Source: Myxococcota bacterium (lineage in GTDB: Bacteria > Myxococcota_A > Polyangia > Nannocystales > Nannocystaceae). From it: 64,000 bases of DNA. Shown here in pieces: positions 1 to 9,078 of this stretch; positions within the stretch are counted from its first letter, which is position 1, and each line of letters opens with the position of its first letter. Below the pieces are notes generated by a model that saw only the letters and a list, made by a program, of their open reading frames with translations, searched no databases and had not been told where the DNA came from. Made by a program: the position numbers and the translations under genes. The stretch is taken from assembly GCA_039194325.1 (NCBI GenBank), contig JBCCWC010000006.1, forward strand, positions 91,187 to 155,186, given 5' to 3'.

Positions 1-1368
1 GGCGCTGTGTTCGACCCCGAGCGGGAGCAAGACCCAGAACGTGGAGCCTTGGGGCTTGGAGCTCTCTAGCCCGACCTTCCCTCCCATCAGGTGCGCCAGC
101 TCGCGGACGATGGCCAGGCCCAGGCCGGTCCCTTCGTGAATCCGAGACGCGGACATGTCGACCTGGTGGAAGTGCTCGAAGACCAGCGCCTGCTCGTCCG
201 CGTCGATCCCGATTCCGGTGTCCTCCACCGAGCACTTGAACCACGGCGAGCCCTGCTCATGCGGGCCCTGCTCATGCGGGCCCTGGCCCTGCGGGACGAG
301 CTCGACGGTGATCAGCACGTGCCCCTGCTGGGTGAACTTCACCGCGTTGCTGGTGAGGTTGAGCAGGATCTGCCGGATCCGCCCGTGATCCCCCACCACG
401 CGGACCGGGGTCCCGGGAGCGAAGCGCGCGACGAGCTCCAAGCCCTTGGCCCCCGCCGGGACGACGACCTGGTCCAGGACTCCCTCGACCAGCTCGCGCA
501 GATCGAAGGGAGCGGACTCCAGCACGAGCTGCTTGGCCTCGATCTTGGAGAAGTCCAGGATATCGTTGAGCAGATCGAGCAGGGTCACGCCGGATGCGTG
601 GGCCATCCGAGCGTACTCGCGCTCCTTGTCGCCTAGCTCACCGTCTAGCAGCACGCCCAGCATGCCCAGCATGCCGTTCATGGGCGTCCGGATCTCGTGG
701 CTCATGTTGGCCAGGAATCGGCTCTTGGCCTCGGCGGCGGCCTCGGCCTGCGCGCGGGCGACATTGGCCTCCCGTAGGGCCCGGCCGCGCATCGCATCGA
801 ACGCATAGGCGCTCCCGGTGAGGAGGATCGACGCGGAGGCGGAGATGGAGGTCTGCGCCTGAATGCGGAGGACGTCGCCTTCGGTGTAGTAGGCCAGCAC
901 CACGCAGTTCATCACGCTGACCGCACACCACAGCCACATGCTGCGGCCGCCGACCGCCAGCATGAGCAACACGGGCAAGATGACCAGCGAGACCGAGGCC
1001 TGCCCCAAGACACCACCGGTGTCGAGACCGCCCATCAGCAGCGCGATCGAGAACAACCCGCCCATCATGTGGGCGGCCGACCGCGACGATACGCCCAACC
1101 GGATCATCACCAGGAGAGCCAGGGTGATCAGCGCGGACGAAGCGTTCACGCCCACCTGGAAGGCGTTCCTGGTGGCCACGGTGTAAGGCAGGGACAGCAG
1201 GATGACCACGAGCGCCAGCAACAAGATGCTGGTGAAGGTCCGCAGCCGACGCAGCTCGTCCCGATCCCACGCGCGTCGGTGAGGAACGATGATCCGATCG
1301 AGCAGCGTGACGAATCGCGACGAGGGTCGTCGACGATCTCGTTCGGCCGTGTCAGGCATATCCACCAT
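1..1368 (-). CDS. Membrane-bound sensor histidine kinase (HisKA + HATPase_c), 3' end runs off the window
   Basis: Not in the ORF track. Manual translation gives hydrophobic N-terminal helices, H-box [20 protein letters not shown]-box [19 protein letters not shown] and [12 protein letters not shown] at 1366-1368 is in frame. Confidence 0.92.
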   Translation of the reverse strand, partial: MVDMPDTAERDRRRPSSRFVTLLDRIIVPHRRAWDRDELRRLRTFTSILLLALVVILLSLPYTVATRNAFQVGVNASSALITLALLVMIRLGVSSRSAAHMMGGLFSIALLMGGLDTGGVLGQASVSLVILPVLLMLAVGGRSMWLWCAVSVMNCVVLAYYTEGDVLRIQAQTSISASASILLTGSAYAFDAMRGRALREANVARAQAEAAAEAKSRFLANMSHEIRTPMNGMLGMLGVLLDGELGDKEREYARMAHASGVTLLDLLNDILDFSKIEAKQLVLESAPFDLRELVEGVLDQVVVPAGAKGLELVARFAPGTPVRVVGDHGRIRQILLNLTSNAVKFTQQGHVLITVELVPQGQGPHEQGPHEQGSPWFKCSVEDTGIGIDADEQALVFEHFHQVDMSASRIHEGTGLGLAIVRELAHLMGGKVGLESSKPQGSTFWVLLPLGVEHSA

Positions 1369-1631
1369 CGAGCCGACCCGTGACCACGCGATCAATCCCG
1401 ACTCCATCGAAATCTTTGCACCGAGCGACCACGGCAGCCAATGGCGAAGCTCGTCGGCCGAACCACGTAGTGGATCGGACTACAAGACTCGACGATCGAG
1501 ACTCCGACGGTCGAGTTGGACCGCCCTCCCGAAACCCCTCAACTTTCGTGCATCCCTAGGTGCTGCATGCGCAAGACCGAGGCCGGGCGCGACGCAGTCG
1601 CGCATCCCGAGCCGGCCTCGGCATAGATAAT

Positions 1632-2045
1632 TCAGCCCTTTTCAAGGGCGCGGGCCAGGGCCATCGGGCTCACCAGCGCGCGGAACTCTTCGGGTGAAAT
1701 TTCCAGGCCACGGGCGATCTCCAAGACGAGCCGTTCTTCTGCCCGGGGCACTTCACCGTCGGCGGTCGCGATGATGTATGCGGCGCGCACCACCGCCCGG
1801 CGCCCTTCCACGTCGAGCTCGTGGCGAGCCTGGGCCAGCAGCTCCGATAGAGGCACCGCCCGGGCCTGGACCTCGGCTACGTCGGCCTGGACCTGGTCTT
1901 CGGTGGGGGTCTGGCCGGTCAGGCGCCCCACGTTCCAGCGCAAGCGGTCGACCTCGGCCTGGTGCAGCTCACCGTCGACCATGGCCACCCGGACCATGAC
2001 CCGCCTCGCCATCGTCTCGAGCGCTTGCTTGCCCACCGGCGGCAA
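1632..2045 (-). CDS. TerB-like (tellurite resistance TerB family) protein
   Basis: Two acidic motifs, VAMVDGELHQAE and IATADGEVPRAEE..L..IARGLEI, typical of TerB folds. Start uncertain. Confidence 0.75.
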   Translation of the reverse strand: MPPVGKQALETMARRVMVRVAMVDGELHQAEVDRLRWNVGRLTGQTPTEDQVQADVAEVQARAVPLSELLAQARHELDVEGRRAVVRAAYIIATADGEVPRAEERLVLEIARGLEISPEEFRALVSPMALARALEKG

Positions 2046-2084
2046 TCATACCCCGCAGGCGAGAAGAACGGGGCTGGCCGAACC

Positions 2085-2197
2085 GGAGCGCTCGGCTCGA
2101 CGGCGGCGACCAAGCCCGCCGCGCGGGAGTGCTCAGCTCGACGGCAGCGACCAGGCCCGCCGCGCGGGAGTGCTTAGCTCGATGGCGGCGACCAAGC
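2085..2197. repeat. 41-bp imperfect tandem repeat (2 full copies + 31-bp partial) overlapping the stop of the MBL hydrolase gene
   Basis: Units start at 2085, 2126 and 2167, consensus GGAGYGCTYRGCTCGAYGGCRGCGACCARGC(CCGCCGCGCG). Confidence 0.9.
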
Positions 2198-2875
2198 GGG
2201 CGGCGTGGGCAGCTCGGTGTTCGGCGTCTTGCCCTTCATGCGGTGCCCGACGAAGTCGTCGACGGTACCCAGCTTCAAGTAGGGGTTGTCGCGCAGCTGC
2301 TCGTCGAGGGTCGAGGTGGGAGTGTCGCCGTAGTCGTGCCCGGGGTACATGGTGGTGTTGCCGGGCAGCTTGCTCGTAAGCGTGCGCAGGGTTTGGAACA
2401 TCGTCGGCGGATCGCCCCCCACGAAGTCGCAGCGCCCGCATCCGTTGACGAACAGGGTGTCGCCGGTGACGATGGCGTCACGCACCCGGTAGCTGGTGGA
2501 GCCGGGCGTGTGCCCGGGGGTGTGCATCATCGTCACCTCGACGTGCTCGCCGATCCGTACCACGTCGCCGGCCGAGGAGGGCCGGAGGTTCTCGCACGAG
2601 AACCCCGAGAAGTCGATCTCCTCGCGTAGCATGTGGACCGGTACGTCGACGGTGCCCAGCATAGCCTGCACTTGGTCGACGTGGTCGAAGTGGCTGTGGG
2701 TGCACAGGATCGCGGTGATCCGTACGTCGAGGCGCTCGGCCTCGCGCAGGATCGTGGCCGCATCCCAAGCCGGGTCAACGACCGCACACGTGCGGGAGGC
2801 TCGATCCCCGATGAAGGTGATGAAGTTGTCCCAGGGACCTAGCGCCAGCTGGTGTACGAATAGTCCTTCGCTCAT
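2174..2875 (-). CDS. MBL-fold metallo-hydrolase (glyoxalase II-like)
   Basis: THSHFDH, HTPGHTPG, TGDTLF..GCGR, YPGHDY motifs. Confidence 0.9.
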   Translation of the reverse strand: MSEGLFVHQLALGPWDNFITFIGDRASRTCAVVDPAWDAATILREAERLDVRITAILCTHSHFDHVDQVQAMLGTVDVPVHMLREEIDFSGFSCENLRPSSAGDVVRIGEHVEVTMMHTPGHTPGSTSYRVRDAIVTGDTLFVNGCGRCDFVGGDPPTMFQTLRTLTSKLPGNTTMYPGHDYGDTPTSTLDEQLRDNPYLKLGTVDDFVGHRMKGKTPNTELPTPPAWSPPSS

Positions 2876-2887
2876 CGTGCCCGTCCC

Positions 2888-4342
2888 CTATGCCCGACTG
2901 GATGCCCGACTGGATGCCCGACTGGATGCCCGGTCTGGTCGTGGATGCGTCGGGCCACGCCGACGCCGACCGCGGCCCAGCCCGAGCACCATCAGCCATA
3001 GCGCAACCGCGCCGAAGCCACCAGATGACTGGGTACATCCGCAGCCAGCCGCCTCATCGTCGTCATTCGCCCCCGGACCAACGCTTCCGCTGGTACCCAG
3101 CCCCGAGCCCGTGCTGCCCTCGCCCGGCGAGGTTGTGCCCCCGCTGTCGTCGAGTCCCTCGCCCTCGACCGGCCGACACTCACCCGCCAGGCACTGCTCA
3201 CCCTCGGGGCACGGCGAGTCCTCATCGACCATGCCGTCGCAATCGTCGTCGAAGAAATTGCACTCTTCTTGGCGAGGCTCCCCCGGCGTGCAGCCGGCGG
3301 GCTCGCAGTTGACCGACTCACGTCGGCACCAGCCCTCGCCGCACTGGGGCCGCACCCGCTCGTCCACGTCGACGTCGCAATCGTCGTCGTAGCCGTTGCA
3401 GACCTCCTCGGCCCCCGGGTAGATGTTGGGATCCTCGGGGCGACAATCACCGGGCTCGGCCGCGTAACCCGAGATCCCCACGCAGCCCACCATCATGTCG
3501 CCGCTGTTGAATTCGTCGAACCCGTAGAACCCGTCGCCGTCCCCGTCGGGGTAGAGCTCGACCGGAATTGCGTCTTCGTCGACCTCGTTGTCGCAATCGT
3601 CGTCGATCTGGTTGCAGAACTCCGGCGCCCCCGGGTAGGTGTCGGCCCGGTTGTCGTCACAGTCGTCGGGCTCGGCCGCGTAGCCCATGGGCGGCGTGCC
3701 CTGGCAGTGCACCAGCGGCATGGACGTACGCCCGTAGCCGTCACCGTCGAAGTCACGCCAGAAGGTCTGCGCGTTGCAGCCGAAGACGAAGTCGAACGCG
3801 CCCTCGTCGAAATCGTCACCCGACGTGCTGTTGTTGCCGTTGGCCGCCACGGCCCATAGCCCAAAGCGCACCGCGCCAGGGGAGCCGGGGGCCGTCCAGT
3901 CGAACGCGAATTGGGCCTGCCCACCATTCATGGACTTGGGCTGCGTGTGGGTGAGACCCGCCGGCACCTCGGCCAGGCCCTGACCTCCGAGGGTGGTGAA
4001 CTGCCCCGCGTTGGACTCGAGGAACAGACCCGCCTCGGCCGCGCCCGGGGCCCCGACCGAGACGGTCACTCTCACCGTCTGCCCCGGCGAGATCATGGCG
4101 GGCGTGGTGGTGATCGACAGGTTCACGTCACCCGAGCCGTGACAGCCGCACCCATCGCTGGCCACCCCCCCGGAGTGCGCCGAAGCGGGCGTCGCCGCGG
4201 TCAGCACCGCGAGCGCCGAAGCCCAACCCAACGCCCGGCCCAAAGCCGAGGTCGGAGCCGAGGCCGGAGCCGAGCCCCAAGGCGAAACCCAACTCGAGAC
4301 CCAACTCGAAACCAATGACCTGTGACGAATGTGACGACGCAT
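2888..4342 (-). CDS. Secreted Cys-rich surface protein: reeler-like N-domain, repeated putative metal-binding (MopE-related) motifs, MYXO-CTERM-like tail
   Basis: Signal ending PASA-HS, GCGCH, repeats of DCDD...YPGAPEFCN.IDDDCD..VDE, C-terminal GCGC...LWLMVLGLGRGRRRR. Confidence 0.8.
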   Translation of the reverse strand: MRRHIRHRSLVSSWVSSWVSPWGSAPASAPTSALGRALGWASALAVLTAATPASAHSGGVASDGCGCHGSGDVNLSITTTPAMISPGQTVRVTVSVGAPGAAEAGLFLESNAGQFTTLGGQGLAEVPAGLTHTQPKSMNGGQAQFAFDWTAPGSPGAVRFGLWAVAANGNNSTSGDDFDEGAFDFVFGCNAQTFWRDFDGDGYGRTSMPLVHCQGTPPMGYAAEPDDCDDNRADTYPGAPEFCNQIDDDCDNEVDEDAIPVELYPDGDGDGFYGFDEFNSGDMMVGCVGISGYAAEPGDCRPEDPNIYPGAEEVCNGYDDDCDVDVDERVRPQCGEGWCRRESVNCEPAGCTPGEPRQEECNFFDDDCDGMVDEDSPCPEGEQCLAGECRPVEGEGLDDSGGTTSPGEGSTGSGLGTSGSVGPGANDDDEAAGCGCTQSSGGFGAVALWLMVLGLGRGRRRRGPTHPRPDRASSRASSRASSRA

Positions 4343-4451
4343 GCGACCCCCGAAGACGCACCTGCTTCATAGCAGATCCCCGGGTGCGACTGCGACGCAC
4401 GAGCGCCGGAGTGTTGCCGCGGTCACCCGCCGTACATCGACAACGTTGGGT

Positions 4452-4970
4452 TCAAGATGCGCGCGATCGATCCCCCTCCTGGGGCACGTACATTGCCTCG
4501 AACTGCTCCTTGGGCACGTGGTACTCGCCGTCGCCATCGACCTCTCGGACCAGGTAATCTCCTACGGCGATGCTCACCCGCACTCGCTCTCCCTTGCGCT
4601 CGGTCTGCAGCACGCAGGGCTCGAGCGCGATCCGGGCCATGGTGACGGTGGTCTTGCGATAGGTCCCCAGCACCTCGGCGTTGCTGTAGGTCGCCAAGAA
4701 GTCGTCGAGCCCCACGCCGTAGACCTCTGCTCCCGCGCCGTCGGCCCGTGGTGCCTCGAGGCGTAGGTGAGGACGATCGAAGGTCTGGACGCCCTGACCC
4801 CAGCTCACCGGATACTCGCCCGGACCACAGATCAAGGTCGCCCGCACGAGTTGCCGCTTGAGGTAGGGCGCGTGGGTGGCCACCACGACACGATGCACGA
4901 TGCGATCGACCGTCGCAACCGCCCACCCCACCGCGCGCGCGGATCGATCGAAGCGACCCCTTCGAGACAA
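4452..4970 (-). CDS. Hypothetical protein with two PGDYG-like half-repeats
   Basis: Internal similarity between EVYGVGLDDFLATY and GDYLV...EYHVPKEQFEAMY. Start uncertain. Confidence 0.55.
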   Translation of the reverse strand: MSRRGRFDRSARAVGWAVATVDRIVHRVVVATHAPYLKRQLVRATLICGPGEYPVSWGQGVQTFDRPHLRLEAPRADGAGAEVYGVGLDDFLATYSNAEVLGTYRKTTVTMARIALEPCVLQTERKGERVRVSIAVGDYLVREVDGDGEYHVPKEQFEAMYVPQEGDRSRAS

Positions 4971-5033
4971 CGCCTCCCAGAGCGAGCCGGCGGGCCAGCA
5001 CGCTCCGACGACACCGGGTACCGAGCCGCCCCG

Positions 5034-6146
<1,113 letters not shown>

Positions 6147-6308
6147 ACGACGGTGGATCCCTTGGCTAGAGATGAAAGCGAGCGAGCGAGGAGACGATAC
6201 CGTCGAAGGCGGCGTCCCACCAGCGAGGGCGCGATTTGGGCCGGACGTGGCCGACCGGTCTCGTCGAGCACCCCAGTGCTCACCGTCCGGTGTCCGTCGA
6301 GCACTCGC

Positions 6309-6360
6309 GCTGGGTGCTAGCGCTGGGTGCTAGAGCCGGGTGCTAGAGCCGGGTGCTAGA
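6309..6360. repeat. 13-bp tandem repeat x4 (GCYGGGTGCTAGM) just upstream of the ECF sigma gene
   Basis: gctgggtgctagc gctgggtgctaga gccgggtgctaga gccgggtgctaga. Confidence 0.9.
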
Positions 6361-6369
6361 GTAGGACGG

Positions 6370-7032
6370 GTGGACGACTCCGATCGCGATCTGCTGGAGC
6401 GCTGGCACAACGGCGACCGAAACGCAGGCAACGAGCTGGTGCGGCGCCGGTTCGGCGAGATCACGTGGTTCTTCCGCAACAAGGTCTGCAACGAGTCCGA
6501 CGTGCCCGATCTGGTCAGCCAGACCTTCCTCGGCTGCCTCCAGGCGGCCGAGGGGTTCCGGGGCGAGACCTCCGTGCGGCGGTTCCTCTACCGGGTCGCC
6601 AACAACGTGCTCTACTCCTACATCCGCAAGAAGAGCAAGCGAGCGCGTGAGCAGCTCGACTACACCGCGGTGTGCATCCACGAGCTCGACCCGCGCTCGC
6701 CCTCCTCCATCATGATGCGCCGCCGCGAGGGCCAGGCCTTCGTCCAGTCGCTGCGCAAGATCCCCGTGGGCGACCAGGTGGTGCTCGAGCTCAAGTTCTT
6801 CGACGGCCTGAGCGGCCGTGAGATCGGCGAGGTCCTCGGGATCCCCGAGGGCACGGTGCGCGGCCGCCTGCAACGAGGCCTGGCTCGCTTGCGCGACGAG
6901 GTCCAGGCGCAGCTCGAGGGCCTCCACCGAGAGCACGGCGGCGACGAGGTACACACGGTAACGGTCGACGACCTCGAGGTCTGGGCGCAGGAGGTTCGGG
7001 AGCGCCGCCGGGAGGAGCTGGAGGCCGATTAG
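6370..7032 (+). CDS. ECF-type RNA polymerase sigma-70 factor with short C-terminal extension
   Basis: Region 2 (DLVSQTFL..., FRGETSVRRFLYRVANN) and region 4 HTH (GLSGREIGEVLGIPEGTVRGRLQRG). GTG at 6370 follows AGGA. Confidence 0.9.
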   Translation: MDDSDRDLLERWHNGDRNAGNELVRRRFGEITWFFRNKVCNESDVPDLVSQTFLGCLQAAEGFRGETSVRRFLYRVANNVLYSYIRKKSKRAREQLDYTAVCIHELDPRSPSSIMMRRREGQAFVQSLRKIPVGDQVVLELKFFDGLSGREIGEVLGIPEGTVRGRLQRGLARLRDEVQAQLEGLHREHGGDEVHTVTVDDLEVWAQEVRERRREELEAD

Positions 7033-7038
7033 GGCTCT

Positions 7039-8133
7039 TTACGGGTCTGCTTGCGCCTCCGCGTCTGCCTCCGCGTCTGCCTCCGCGTCTGCCTGAGCCC
7101 GTAGCGATCCGATGGCCTGCATGATCTCCTCGGAATCGGGCAGGTCCTTTCCCTCGCGGTCCAGCCTGCGTAGCCAGCGTAGCGCGGGCTCTATCCGGCC
7201 AAAGATCCGCCAGGGAACCTTCATGGGCATCATCAACTCGATGCCGCGAAACATGCCCCGCAGCGCCATGGCCCACAGCCCCGAGCCCGAGGACACGATC
7301 GCGATCCCGTCGATGACGTCGTGCAGCTCGCGAACCAGCACGGAGGCCCGCGCTCGGGTCTCCGAGGGCGCCAGCGGGGTGCCCGGCGCCACGAACATCA
7401 AGAGCACCACGGAGTTGCCGATCTCACGCACCAGCATCGCCACGTCGCCTTGCATGCGATCCACGTCGTCGACGCTCGCCGACTCGCTCCAGTAGCTCAC
7501 GTGGATCGGCCCGCACGCGGTGGTCCACGGCCCCCCTCCCCCTCCCTCGGACGAGTCGTCGATGCCAAGATCGATGATCTTTTGGGGCTTGGTGGGCGCA
7601 AAGGCCCGCAGGGAGGGCGACGCCGGGCTCACGAAGTGAGCCCCCAACACGACGTCTTCGATCTGCTGCGCCCGGTCCTTGGCCCGCTCGCGCAGCCAGG
7701 GCTGCTGGCCTTCGAGCTCGCTGAGCCAGGTCATCGCCTCCCCGACCTCTCCGAAGGTTCGGGTCTCCACCTTCTGCGCGGTCAGCCCGGTGAACGCGGC
7801 GAGGAACGCTCGAATGCCCGCGGCCCAGAACCCTTCGCCCATCACGACGTAGGCCTGGGCGAAGTAGTGGGGCAGCATCTGCTCGTAGAGCAGGCGCCCG
7901 TCACGACGCAGCTCCTCGCTGATGCCCGACTTGGCCTCGAGCGAGAAGATGTTGACCACGCACAGCGGGGTGATCCCGTTGCGGACCAGTCGCTCCTGGA
8001 GAGCGCGGACCTTCTGCACGTGCTCGAGGCCGGCCCCGGTGCGCCACGAGAGCACCAGTAGGCCGTGCAAGTGCGCCGCGACCATCATCTCGTCGGCATA
8101 CGCGATCGTCCAGCTTCCAAGAGAGTCGTCCAC
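7039..8133 (-). CDS. Hypothetical protein with two tandem STAS/SEC14-like domains
   Basis: Two similar halves: AYVVMGEGFWAAGIRAFL...TFGEVGEAMTWL and AIVSSGSGLWAMALRGMF...IFGRIEPALRWL. Confidence 0.65.
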   Translation of the reverse strand: MDDSLGSWTIAYADEMMVAAHLHGLLVLSWRTGAGLEHVQKVRALQERLVRNGITPLCVVNIFSLEAKSGISEELRRDGRLLYEQMLPHYFAQAYVVMGEGFWAAGIRAFLAAFTGLTAQKVETRTFGEVGEAMTWLSELEGQQPWLRERAKDRAQQIEDVVLGAHFVSPASPSLRAFAPTKPQKIIDLGIDDSSEGGGGGPWTTACGPIHVSYWSESASVDDVDRMQGDVAMLVREIGNSVVLLMFVAPGTPLAPSETRARASVLVRELHDVIDGIAIVSSGSGLWAMALRGMFRGIELMMPMKVPWRIFGRIEPALRWLRRLDREGKDLPDSEEIMQAIGSLRAQADAEADAEADAEAQADP

Positions 8134-8253
8134 CGTGTCCCCCGACGCGCCCCGGGTCCGCGCCCCGGGTCCCGCGCCCCGGCCCCCGCGCCCCGCGGAA
8201 GAGTAGCGCAGTCCTCGGGAGCGCGTGGCTTGGGGCAGATGGAGAACACATGG

Positions 8254-8763
8254 TCAGCGTTCGATCGGCGGGCCCTTCTTGGCCAGGTTCGTCAGCGCTT
8301 CGTCCGTCAGCCGGTAGGTGGTCCATTCGCCCATCGCCTTGGCCCCCAAGCTCTCGTAGAACCGCTGCGCGGTTGTGTTCCAGTCGAGCACCCACCACTC
8401 GAGCCTCGCGCATCCCCGCTCCTCGGCCAACCGGGCGAGCGCCGCGAGCAGTGCGCCACCCACCCCAGCCCCACGATGCGCCGGCGACACATAAAGATCC
8501 TCCAGGTGCAGACCCGAGCGCCCACGCCAGGTGGAATAGTTGGAGAAGAACAGGGCGAACCCCCGGGCGCTTCGAGCCTCCGCCTCCACCTCCTCGGCCA
8601 GCAAACACTCGAAGGGAGGCCGTGACTGCGCCATCTGCTCGCGAAGCTGGGCGGGCGTGACCTTCACCGCGTCGGGCTCACGCTCGTACTCGGCCAGCTC
8701 GCAGATGAAGCGATGAAGCGTTGACGCGTCGTCGGGGGTGGCAAAGCGGATCTGCAGCGGCAC
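8254..8763 (-). CDS. GNAT N-acetyltransferase (diamine acetyltransferase-like)
   Basis: IRFATPDD, ELAEYE, YSTWRG..GLHLEDLYV...HRGAGVG, VLDWN..AQRFYESLGA. Confidence 0.92.
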   Translation of the reverse strand: MPLQIRFATPDDASTLHRFICELAEYEREPDAVKVTPAQLREQMAQSRPPFECLLAEEVEAEARSARGFALFFSNYSTWRGRSGLHLEDLYVSPAHRGAGVGGALLAALARLAEERGCARLEWWVLDWNTTAQRFYESLGAKAMGEWTTYRLTDEALTNLAKKGPPIER

Positions 8764-8849
8764 GACGCGGGAGCATAGGCACGTGACGCTCGTGGCCTCA
8801 ACACGGGGCGGCGGACCCGGACGTCGGGTGCACCCAGTGCTCATCAGCC

Positions 8850-8901
8850 GGGGATCGTTATAGGGGATCGTTATAGGGGATCGTTATAGGGGATCGTTAT
8901 G
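8850..8901. repeat. 13-bp tandem repeat x4 (GGGGATCGTTATR) in a divergent intergenic region
   Basis: Copies at 8850, 8863, 8876 and 8889. Confidence 0.95.
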
Positions 8902-9078
8902 ATGGTTTGATCGACCCATGCGCACCCGGGGCGCGGATCGAAGCGCGTGTTCGAGCATGACTGGTCATCATGCCGGGCATGTCTCAATGTCTATGGCTGT
9001 CATGTTCTCCACCTCGTAGCTTGAGGCCATCCATGGCCCCGAGGGGTCGTGGCCGAGCGTCCGAGGTTGGAGAGTTCG

